Of a stretch of DNA of 64,000 bases, positions 48,959 to 57,383 are shown in pieces. Source of the stretch: a virus (lineage: Duplodnaviria; Caudoviricetes); the IMG/VR virus record IMGVR_UViG_3300024270_000002. One strand, given 5' to 3'. The translations under genes were made by a program, and so were the position numbers. The notes beneath the pieces are model-generated. The model was not told the DNA's origin. It saw only the letters and a program-made list of their open reading frames with translations, and did not search any database. Numbering within the stretch: position 1 is the first letter of the stretch; each line of letters opens with the position of its first letter.

Positions 48959-50686
48959 TTGATAAGAATATTTGAAATATCTCCGGGAAAAAAGATTTCT
49001 GGGTTATCAACACTAATCATTGATTTTGACTTCAATCAATATATAGTAGATGCCCTAAAGACCCTCCCTACCTATCACTACCATAAACGTGAGAAATGTT
49101 GGGAAGTGCCTTTGTGTTACCTTGGCAGAGTTTTAGATAGTCTTACTTTCTTGGATGATATACAGCTTAAACTTTTAGATACACCGGAATCTGACGGATT
49201 TCGTTTACACAGAAAATATAATCTCGATGCTCTTTCCGAGATTGAGAAGATTTCGTTTAAGGCTTCCCCTTTCACTCATCAGTTAGAGGCAGTAGATTTC
49301 TTACTTAAACAGGAGAAGTCTTTATTGCTTGACGGCTGTGGAGTTGGTAAGAGTCTTGAGATGATCCTGTTCGCAGAAACTCTCAAGAAGCGAGGGATTA
49401 TAGATCATTGTCTCGTAATTACCGGAATTGCCGGGCTTAGGGGGAACTGGGAGAGGGAGATTCAGAAGTTTTCGACCGAGTCGGTCGTCACTATCGGAAA
49501 GTATGTTACTAGAACCGGAAGTACTAGGTATCGTTCTATGGTTAAGAGAGCGGAGCAGCTTAAGAACAAGATCGATGAGTTCTTCGTCCTCCTTAATGTT
49601 GAGTCTATTCGAGATCCTAAGATTGTCGAAGCAATTAAGACTTCAGAAAATAAATTTGGGTTAATAGCTTTCGATGAGTCTCATAAGATCGGAGCTCCGG
49701 ATACTACTCAGTATAATAATCTGATGAAGCTAGACGCCGACTTTAAGGTAGCTGCTACCGGCACTTTGATAGTTAATAGCCCACTCTCTGCTTATCCTAG
49801 TTTAAAGTTCACTGATAATGAAAGTGCAACACTTACTAATTTCAAATCTCAATATTGCGCTTTTGGTGGCTATGGAAATAAACAGATTATTGGGTCTAAG
49901 AACCTTGAAGTACTTCGAGAGGAAATAGCTAACTGCTCTATTCGCCGGACTCTCTATGATGTTCGTAAGGATATTCCCGAACTCACTATAGATGTAGAGT
50001 ATCTTGAGATGGAAGAGGATCAGCAGAAGTTCTACGAAGCTATTAAGGAAGGAGTCAAGGAAGAAGCAGATAAGATTGACCTTAAAGCCGGAAACCTTCT
50101 TGCTCTTACTACCAGACTTCGTCAGGCCACTGCTTGTCCGAGCGTTCTTACTACTCAAGCTATTGAATCTATAAAGGTTAATCGAGCTTTTGAGTATATT
50201 GAAGAGATCACTTCTCAAGGTGAGAAAGTAGTAGTATTCTCGATGTTTAAAGAACCTCTTCATCAACTCGCAGCGAAATTAGACGGATTTCGTTATAGTT
50301 TAAATACTGGTGACGTTCCAGATCCAGTAGCTTTCCAAAACATGGTTAGATTTCAAGAAGATCCTAATGAGCAAGTCTTCTTGGGAACTTTCGGTAAGGC
50401 CGGCACCGGATTCACCCTAAATGCTTCTATGTATTTAATATGTATTGATACACCTTATACTTTCTCACTATTTGAACAAGGGTACCAAAGAGTGCATAGA
50501 ATTTCTAATACTCGTCCTGCCTTTATTAAGGTACTCTGTTGTAGCGAGACCATAGATGAGAGAGTTCAGCAGATTATAGAAACTAAAAAGGAACTTGGTG
50601 AGTACTTAGTAGATGGCGTCGAGGGAGACGGAAACTATGACAACAGACTTACTGACGAGCTCAGAGCAATCATTAGAGACCTCTAA
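48959..50686 (+). CDS. SNF2-family (SF2) helicase
   Basis: HQ motif, DGCGVGKS, FDESH, ATGT, RLRQ, GTGFTL, QGYQRVHRI. Confidence 0.88.
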   Translation: MIRIFEISPGKKISGLSTLIIDFDFNQYIVDALKTLPTYHYHKREKCWEVPLCYLGRVLDSLTFLDDIQLKLLDTPESDGFRLHRKYNLDALSEIEKISFKASPFTHQLEAVDFLLKQEKSLLLDGCGVGKSLEMILFAETLKKRGIIDHCLVITGIAGLRGNWEREIQKFSTESVVTIGKYVTRTGSTRYRSMVKRAEQLKNKIDEFFVLLNVESIRDPKIVEAIKTSENKFGLIAFDESHKIGAPDTTQYNNLMKLDADFKVAATGTLIVNSPLSAYPSLKFTDNESATLTNFKSQYCAFGGYGNKQIIGSKNLEVLREEIANCSIRRTLYDVRKDIPELTIDVEYLEMEEDQQKFYEAIKEGVKEEADKIDLKAGNLLALTTRLRQATACPSVLTTQAIESIKVNRAFEYIEEITSQGEKVVVFSMFKEPLHQLAAKLDGFRYSLNTGDVPDPVAFQNMVRFQEDPNEQVFLGTFGKAGTGFTLNASMYLICIDTPYTFSLFEQGYQRVHRISNTRPAFIKVLCCSETIDERVQQIIETKKELGEYLVDGVEGDGNYDNRLTDELRAIIRDL

Positions 50687-51080
50687 AGAAGCAAAGCAGC
50701 TCGGGCTCGTAATTAGATATGATACTATAAGGTACAGGGGTTATGAGATCAATTTTCTCTCTGACCCCTCTGGTGTTCAATGCTTCGCACAATGGGAGGG
50801 GAAGCTCGTTGACCTAGGCCTTAACAATATATATTATAAGGAAGACATGTGTAAGTTCGTAGACCGCGAGCTAGACCTTATTACTGACTTCCGAGATTCG
50901 CCAAATTTCGTTGGTGCAAAGTTAGAGTATTTCCATAACGGCGACTTTAGAGATATTAAGCTTTCTTACAAAGGTAGGATACTTAAGATCTTCTTAGTCG
51001 CCGGACTGGTGAATGAAACTCGGATAATTTCAGAATCAGAAAGAATACTACGAACTTCTGGCTTATTAGATGAGATTTGA
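50637..51080 (+). CDS. Hypothetical protein
   Basis: Overlaps helicase end; likely ATG at 50637 after gggag. Confidence 0.6.
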   Translation: MTTDLLTSSEQSLETSKEAKQLGLVIRYDTIRYRGYEINFLSDPSGVQCFAQWEGKLVDLGLNNIYYKEDMCKFVDRELDLITDFRDSPNFVGAKLEYFHNGDFRDIKLSYKGRILKIFLVAGLVNETRIISESERILRTSGLLDEI

Positions 51081-51129
51081 TCAATTTCAGTTTGCTAAAT
51101 TATATGATTACTTTTTAGGAGATACGAAA

Positions 51130-52434
51130 ATGATTCAATACATTTATTTTGTAAAGTGCCCAAACTGTGAAGACGAGCACTTTGATTTCTTTGACGAAGC
51201 AAAAGAGTTTGCTCTTAGTTGCTTAAGTAATAAACCTATTATCACTCAGACCGAAGTATGTCGCAATGACTTCGGTGAATGTACTGACTCCGCTGACCTC
51301 GGAACCGTCTGGTCTTGGGAAGATATGATGAAAGAGGCTGAGCCTGAAGATACAGTATTTTCTAAGGACGAAACTTTCGGAATTTCAGAAGGTCTCGATG
51401 ACTTCGACGATTTTGACATTGGTCCTCAGATTGACGAATTTGACAATTCCTTAGATTTTGATTTCGAGGACGATTCTACCGAGACTCTCTGGGTTGCCGA
51501 GAACCTTAATGGTGGTGAGATCGTAGCTGCTTGCTGGGCGGATTCCGAAGATCTCGCTCACAGACTTCTATCTCAGGCATTCCGTGAGAGAACCGGTGGA
51601 GACCTAAAAGATTGCTATATTCGTGAAGCAGAAGCTGATGAACCTGACTATATTACAGATAATCCTAACTTACTCGCAGAAGCTTGCTCTGAACGAAAGC
51701 CGATTCCTGAAGGCATGACTATCGAGCAGCTAGTAGAAGAGATGGAAGAGAACGAGGATACAGTAGAGTGTACTTGGTGTGAAGAACTCTTTGATAAGAG
51801 TGAGTGTCGTAAGGAAGTTAATCTCGGCTGGCTCTGTAGTAGATGCGAAGCTGCTATAAAGTCTAGAGGCGAAACTCTTACCTTTAGAGAGAACAACTAT
51901 TGGGATTTCTTGGACGAAGCTGCTACTGGTAAGCGGGTACGATTAGTTCATAATAGCTCAAAGTATCATAGTGATGGCGAGCCATATCAGTTATTTGATC
52001 TTAAAAAACTATTTAAGAGTAGTGACATTCGTGACCTTGACACTGGTAGTATTAATCTTATCGCAAAGTTTGATAACAACTGTAAGGTTATTCAGGAGAC
52101 TGATAAGGCTTACTTAGTGACGGTACCTTGCTATTATCGTAATCAACAGGACCGTTCGAAATTTGAAGAGCGTCCAAAGTATATTAGATGCTGGGTACCT
52201 AAAATACAGACAGAGCTTATTAATGAGTCTATTAGTGAGGACCCTAATGACGTAGAAACTCTTCTTGACCTCGGTAATGAATACGACGGTGGTTATCCTG
52301 CTGATAATAAGTTAGCAGAGCTTGAAGAAGCAGCTGACTACAGAAAGCATTTAGACCTTTGTCCTGAGTGCGGCGGAGAAAACGCATTTGACCACGAGAC
52401 AGGTTTCTGTCTTGACTGTGGATTTAATCTTTGA
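51130..52434 (+). CDS. Acidic multi-Zn-ribbon protein, putative head-cargo polyprotein
   Basis: ATG 51130 after taggaga; CPNC, CTWC..CSRC, CPEC..CLDC; ISEG, LAEA, LDEA, LINES; late motif at 51094. Confidence 0.7.
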   Translation: MIQYIYFVKCPNCEDEHFDFFDEAKEFALSCLSNKPIITQTEVCRNDFGECTDSADLGTVWSWEDMMKEAEPEDTVFSKDETFGISEGLDDFDDFDIGPQIDEFDNSLDFDFEDDSTETLWVAENLNGGEIVAACWADSEDLAHRLLSQAFRERTGGDLKDCYIREAEADEPDYITDNPNLLAEACSERKPIPEGMTIEQLVEEMEENEDTVECTWCEELFDKSECRKEVNLGWLCSRCEAAIKSRGETLTFRENNYWDFLDEAATGKRVRLVHNSSKYHSDGEPYQLFDLKKLFKSSDIRDLDTGSINLIAKFDNNCKVIQETDKAYLVTVPCYYRNQQDRSKFEERPKYIRCWVPKIQTELINESISEDPNDVETLLDLGNEYDGGYPADNKLAELEEAADYRKHLDLCPECGGENAFDHETGFCLDCGFNL

Positions 52435-52550
52435 TAAATTGAATAATCTAATAAGTCTCAGGTTAGAAGATTCATTTTAATATATTGTTTTATAGATGAG
52501 AGGACTTCTATATTACGAAAATAAAAATACTAATAGGATGGTAAATTAAA

Positions 52551-53057
52551 ATGACTAAGAATACTGAAAAGAATAATAACATTGGATACTCTTTTTATTC
52601 GAGAGTACTCGAGAAACCTTTTGATTCCTTGAGTGAGCTCACTGCTGCTGAAGCAAAGCATGCTGCAGAGCTTAAGGCTAAGGAAGATGCCGCTGCTAAA
52701 AAGAGAGCAGATGCTAAGGCAGTTGAGGATGCTTTTAAGGCACTCAATGCCGCACGTAAGACTTATAAGGAAGAGCTTACTCAGCTTACAAAAGAGTACG
52801 CTGAATCTCTTGAGAATCTTAAGAAAGCTTTTGAGCTTGGTAAGAAGGACATATCTAATAAGCTTGCTGCTGCGGAGACTACCTTTGATGAAGCTCTTAA
52901 GGCTTTTCAGACAAAGTACCCAGAGGGCTATCACCTTACTCTCAAAGATGGTGATTTCGAGACCACTATCAGTGGCAGCTCTAAAACTGGTTCCAACGTA
53001 CAGGTACCGAAGACCAGTAATATTTTTGACATCTTTGATTGGATGTTTAGTTTCTAA
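52551..53057 (+). CDS. Ala/Lys-rich coiled-coil protein
   Basis: 168 aa with high-expression codon bias. Confidence 0.75.
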   Translation: MTKNTEKNNNIGYSFYSRVLEKPFDSLSELTAAEAKHAAELKAKEDAAAKKRADAKAVEDAFKALNAARKTYKEELTQLTKEYAESLENLKKAFELGKKDISNKLAAAETTFDEALKAFQTKYPEGYHLTLKDGDFETTISGSSKTGSNVQVPKTSNIFDIFDWMFSF

Positions 53058-53120
53058 TAAATACATAAAAAATTACTGAGACAATTTCAAAAATTTCAAT
53101 TTTTTATTGTATAATATAAC

Positions 53121-53192
53121 ATAAGATGAAAATCTTGTAAACAAGTTTCCTCCTTTGTTTCGTGCGCCGGATGTTTCCTCCCGTCCGGCGCT
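53121..53192 (+). ncRNA. Putative sRNA or leader: GAAA-tetraloop hairpin plus two hairpins with identical UUUCCUCC (anti-SD) loops
   Basis: aagat-gaaa-atctt; aaacaag-tttcctcc-tttgttt; gcgccggatg-tttcctcc-cgtccggcgc; TATTGTATAAT at 53105-53115. Confidence 0.6.
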
Positions 53193-53219
53193 ATTATTAT
53201 AATTTAAGGATTTTACAAA

Positions 53220-53588
53220 ATGCAAAATGTAGAAGCACAAGAACTTTTATTACAAATATTAGAACAAGCTCAAGAAGGTAAGGTTACTGAATTTCACCTT
53301 ATCATGACTATGAGTGAATGTAAATTTTACTACCGTCGGTACAGAGCTGATAAGCTGATTATTAGGACACTAAAGTCTGCTGCAAAAAGACTCTATAAGA
53401 CTTACTGTAAAGAGGTAAGAATAGGAACGGCAGATGCTGGTAAGCTATTTGCTTACGTACAGCTACAGGAAGTTATTAATTTCTACACGCGAGATCTTAC
53501 AACAATAAAACAGATGTTATCAGAATATGATGAATATCTAGGTCAGGGAAATTTTTGGTATTCTTTTTTGGGTGGCGAGAGACGATAA
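53220..53588 (+). CDS. Hypothetical protein
   Basis: 122 aa ORF. Confidence 0.65.
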   Translation: MQNVEAQELLLQILEQAQEGKVTEFHLIMTMSECKFYYRRYRADKLIIRTLKSAAKRLYKTYCKEVRIGTADAGKLFAYVQLQEVINFYTRDLTTIKQMLSEYDEYLGQGNFWYSFLGGERR

Positions 53589-53601
53589 CAGGAGTTATAT
53601 T

Positions 53602-53826
53602 ATGGAACATTCATTAACAACTTTATTTCATGCTTATGCAGATCAGGAAAAGCCGCCGGTAATAGAACTTCTTAGTATAGATAAAAAGCCGGTGGGGGCA
53701 ATTTATTTTGATAAGTTAAGATATAAAAACTTTATAGTATCCGAAACAAACAACTCTGAAAAATATTATTTATATGTTGATGGTTTAGGAATTTATTTCT
53801 CATTTTATCAAAAAATAACACCTTAA
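53602..53826 (+). CDS. Hypothetical protein
   Basis: ATG 53602 after aggag. Confidence 0.55.
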   Translation: MEHSLTTLFHAYADQEKPPVIELLSIDKKPVGAIYFDKLRYKNFIVSETNNSEKYYLYVDGLGIYFSFYQKITP

Positions 53827-53841
53827 TTATCGTATAATACT

Positions 53842-53931
53842 ATAGGTGAGTGCGAGTATGTGGTGTCATTGGCATCTGGGGCGATGAGGTAAAACTCGTC
53901 GTCCCACCTCCTTTTTAGGGCCTTAACCTAT
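53842..53931 (+). ncRNA. Putative structured sRNA containing CACCUCCUUU
   Basis: TATCGTATAAT at 53828; GC-rich hairpin 53877-53906; ends ataggt/acctat complementary. Confidence 0.45.
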
Positions 53932-54005
53932 TATCGTAATTGGCTAAATTAAGTACAAGAGTTTCTACTCTTTAGACATAATATTTTAAAAGAAAGGTTT
54001 AATTT

Positions 54006-56228
54006 ATGCAAAGAGTTATTAAGCGTGATGGTCGCGAAGTTGACTTTAATAAAGCTAAGATTATTGAAGCAATTTCATGTGCTAATCAAGAAATTATTAA
54101 ATCAAAGCAGATCGGTCCGCGTAAGATTAATCAGCTTGCAAACATTGTAGAAGAGAAGTGCGCCGAGTATAAGAGAGCAATTAAGGTCGAAGACATTAAC
54201 GATCTTATTGAAGACGAACTTATCTTCCGAAATTACAACGATCTCGTTCGTGCCTTTATTAAGTATAGACATAATAAAGAGTTAGTTAGAAAGTCTAATA
54301 CTACCGATGATTCAATACTCAGTTTGATTAACCTCAGCAATGAGGAACTAAAGCAGGAGAACTCGAATAAGAATCCGGTCGTTAATTCTACTCAGAGAGA
54401 CTACATGGCTGGCGAAGTATCCAAGGATCTTACTCGCAGACTTCTTCTACCTAAGGATGTAGTGAAGGCACACGATGAAGGAGTACTTCATTTCCATGAC
54501 TCAGATTACTTCGTTCAGAAGATGCATAATTGTGATCTAGTTAATCTGGAAGACATGCTTCAGAACGGTACCGTCGTCAGTGGTACTCTGATTGAGAAAC
54601 CACACAGTTTCTCTACTGCCTGTAATGTGGCTACACAGATCATCGCACAGGTTTCTAGTAACCAGTATGGTGGACAGAGCATCACTCTCTCTCACCTGGC
54701 TCCATTCGTAGACATTAGTAGACAGAAGATCCGTAAAGAAGTAGAGGAAGAGCAGAGACTTGCCTGTAATAAAACATATAATATGAACTTAGTAGAGTTC
54801 TCGGATACAATGAAAGCTGTAATTGAAGAAATTACAGAAAAGCGAGTTCGAGCAGAAGTAAAGCGCGGAGTACAGACGATCCAGTATCAGGTTAATACTC
54901 TACTTACTACTAACGGTCAAGCCCCATTTATTACCGTCTTCATGTATCTCAATGAAGTAGAAGATAAGCAAACCAAGAAAGACCTGGCGATGATCATTGA
55001 GGAAGTTCTTCTTCAGAGATATGAAGGAGTTAAGAATGAAAAGGGAGTTTGGATTACCCCGGCTTTCCCGAAGCTCATCTATGTTCTAGAAGAAGATAAT
55101 ATCTACGATACCTCTGAGTACTGGTACCTTACCAAGCTTGCTGCTAAATGCTCAGCTAAGCGTTTAGTACCTGACTACATAAGTGAGAAGATCATGAAGG
55201 AGCTTAAGGATGGATACTGCTTCCCGGTTATGGGATGTAGATCTGCTCTTAGCCCTTGGTACGATGAAAACGGAAAAGCGAAATTCTACGGTCGCTGGAA
55301 TAAAGGAGTAGTTACTGTTAACCTTGTAGACGTAGCATGTAGTGCTGCAGGAGAAAATTATGCTAAGGACATGAATAGTTTCTGGAAGAACTTTGATGAG
55401 GTTCTTGAGCTCTGTCATAAAGCCTTGCTTTGCCGCTATGAGAGACTCAAAGGAACTGTCAGTGATGTAGCTCCTATTCTGTGGCAGCACGGTGCTATTT
55501 CTAGACTTAAGAAAGGTGAGACCATTGATAAGATGCTTACTGGAGGATACTCTTCTATTAGCCTAGGGTATGCCGGTTTGTGGGAGTGTGTAGTAGAACT
55601 TATCGGTAAGGATCTACTAACTGACGAAGGCCAGAAACTCGGACTTGAGATCATGGAACACATGAATAAGAAGTGTGATGAGTGGAACGCTGAGCTTAAC
55701 CTCGGGTTCGGAATCTATGGAACTCCTCTCGAGAGTACTACATATAAGTTCGCCAGATGTTTGCAGAAGAGATATGGCGAAATCCCAAGAGTTACAGATC
55801 GAAACTATATTACCAATAGCTATCACGTACATGTAGAGGCTCCGGTAGATCCGTTTAGAAAACTCGAGATTGAAGGTAAGTTCCAAAGATTATCTAAGGG
55901 TGGAGCGATCAGTTATATCGAGAGTGCTAATTTGGAAAATAATCTTGCAGCAGCCTTGACTGTAATTCGTTACATCTATGATAACATCATGTATGCGGAA
56001 ATTAACACTAAATCTGATTACTGTCAGAAGTGCGGTTGGGATAAAGAAATTAAGATTGTAGAAGATGATTCAGGTAAGCTGGTTTGGGAGTGCCCTAACT
56101 GTGGTAACAGAGATCAGTCTACTATGAATGTTGCTAGGAGAACTTGCGGTTATATCGGAACTCAGTATTGGAACGCCGGAAGAACTGAAGAAATTAAATC
56201 AAGATATGTTCATCTTGGTGGTAACTAA
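54006..56228 (+). CDS. nrdD: Anaerobic ribonucleoside-triphosphate reductase with ATP cone
   Basis: VIKRDG ATP cone, HFHD, NCDL, QYGGQS, MGCRS, YGTPLES, TNSYH, CQKC..CPNC, RRTCGY glycyl-radical motif. Confidence 0.95.
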   Translation: MQRVIKRDGREVDFNKAKIIEAISCANQEIIKSKQIGPRKINQLANIVEEKCAEYKRAIKVEDINDLIEDELIFRNYNDLVRAFIKYRHNKELVRKSNTTDDSILSLINLSNEELKQENSNKNPVVNSTQRDYMAGEVSKDLTRRLLLPKDVVKAHDEGVLHFHDSDYFVQKMHNCDLVNLEDMLQNGTVVSGTLIEKPHSFSTACNVATQIIAQVSSNQYGGQSITLSHLAPFVDISRQKIRKEVEEEQRLACNKTYNMNLVEFSDTMKAVIEEITEKRVRAEVKRGVQTIQYQVNTLLTTNGQAPFITVFMYLNEVEDKQTKKDLAMIIEEVLLQRYEGVKNEKGVWITPAFPKLIYVLEEDNIYDTSEYWYLTKLAAKCSAKRLVPDYISEKIMKELKDGYCFPVMGCRSALSPWYDENGKAKFYGRWNKGVVTVNLVDVACSAAGENYAKDMNSFWKNFDEVLELCHKALLCRYERLKGTVSDVAPILWQHGAISRLKKGETIDKMLTGGYSSISLGYAGLWECVVELIGKDLLTDEGQKLGLEIMEHMNKKCDEWNAELNLGFGIYGTPLESTTYKFARCLQKRYGEIPRVTDRNYITNSYHVHVEAPVDPFRKLEIEGKFQRLSKGGAISYIESANLENNLAAALTVIRYIYDNIMYAEINTKSDYCQKCGWDKEIKIVEDDSGKLVWECPNCGNRDQSTMNVARRTCGYIGTQYWNAGRTEEIKSRYVHLGGN

Positions 56229-56398
56229 TTAAATTGATAACGTTTGTAATTATAGACAAAACCTGACATTTTGTTTATTTTTACAAACGTTATTTTTTTT
56301 TATTAGCCTACTAATATTTATTACAAAGGCTATTTACAAATCTTACCAATTGTGTTATACTATACTTATAAGGTTAATAATTTTAAGGAGGTAGCATT

Positions 56399-56749
56399 AT
56401 GAGTATAGTAAAGGATTTATTAACTAAGGAAGAACAGAGGTCAGTACATAGAATGTTAGAGATTCTACCAGAGGATGCTCCTTTATGTTATGAGGTGTGG
56501 GCTATAGGTTATTATAATAGAAGAGTTACTGATACTACTTTCTTGCTTCGAGTCTTTACAGACCCGGAAGATGCTATAGAATACGCGAAGCTTGAAGCAC
56601 CGCAGGAACTCAGAAGAATCTTATTAGAAGCTGACTTAAGTACTTTTAATGCTGTTGCCCTTGAAGTCGAGACAGTTATTGATGACAACGAAGAAGGCAC
56701 TATAAATATTTGTACATTATATAAAAAGATGTTTATTATTAAATCCTAG
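56399..56749 (+). CDS. Hypothetical early protein (paralog of 57384-57992)
   Basis: LPED...YEVWAIGY...EVETV..D...GT.NI.T.Y shared. Confidence 0.7.
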   Translation: MSIVKDLLTKEEQRSVHRMLEILPEDAPLCYEVWAIGYYNRRVTDTTFLLRVFTDPEDAIEYAKLEAPQELRRILLEADLSTFNAVALEVETVIDDNEEGTINICTLYKKMFIIKS

Positions 56750-56857
56750 CTGAAAATGCTAGGATTTTTTATTAAACTCTGTTAGTTTTGTCGGTTTACA
56801 AATTCATTAAAATATGTTATAATATAAATGTAAGAAAAACAATGGAGGAAACTAAAT

Positions 56858-57097
56858 ATGGAAATTAAGAATGTTACGGAAGATATGGACTGGAGCGGCT
56901 GGCTGGTAAGACCTAAGTCTGAATGGCTTAATCCCGGAGAGGAAGCTCACCCTTATGTAGTTCTTGAAGACAGAGGTCCGAGAGTACTGATTCAGCTTCT
57001 TCCTCAGTATCAGCCTAAGAATCTTACCTTCCCTTGTGTAGAGTCCGGGCTTAAAGACTGGTATGAAGTAATTGATAAGGAGATTCAAACGAGATGA
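56858..57097 (+). CDS. Hypothetical early protein
   Basis: RBS ggagg, early promoter at 56795. Confidence 0.7.
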   Translation: MEIKNVTEDMDWSGWLVRPKSEWLNPGEEAHPYVVLEDRGPRVLIQLLPQYQPKNLTFPCVESGLKDWYEVIDKEIQTR

Positions 57098-57276
57098 AAC
57101 AGAAAGTACATATTATTAAAATGAAGAAACCCGATAACATCATTCAGGTTAAGATCGATATTACGACTGTTCCTTCTAAGGACAGAAAGTATTCGAGGCT
57201 CAGAAATAAAGCTCAGGTCTTTGACGACCGCCGTTTTCGTAAACCCAAATATAAGAAAAATTATTTGGATGATTAA
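57094..57276 (+). CDS. Small basic protein
   Basis: ATGA overlap; Lys/Arg-rich. Confidence 0.6.
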   Translation: MKQKVHIIKMKKPDNIIQVKIDITTVPSKDRKYSRLRNKAQVFDDRRFRKPKYKKNYLDD

Positions 57277-57383
57277 TAATTTGTTTACGATGTGTTAGCA
57301 CATTTCGTGTCGGAATACGTTATAATATATTTGTAAGTTTAATAAACAAACTAACTACTTAATAATTTTTGGAGGAAGCAAAA

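Noticed and set aside
53139-53191. CsrB/RsmZ-like GGA-loop RNA on the minus strand
   Set aside because: G-U pairs on + become A-C mismatches on -, and the adjacent promoter that would transcribe the hairpins is on +.
53844-53911. tRNA or tmRNA fragment
   Set aside because: The ends can pair (aggtg/cacct) but there is no TTCRA T-loop, D-loop or anticodon arm geometry.
54006-56228. Intron or intein in nrdD or terminase
   Set aside because: Both ORFs are continuous and of ordinary length; nrdG is simply not in this window.
56237-56300. Long inverted repeat after nrdD as an ncRNA
   Set aside because: ataacgtttgtaa/ttacaaacgttat followed by a T tract is adequately explained as a terminator.
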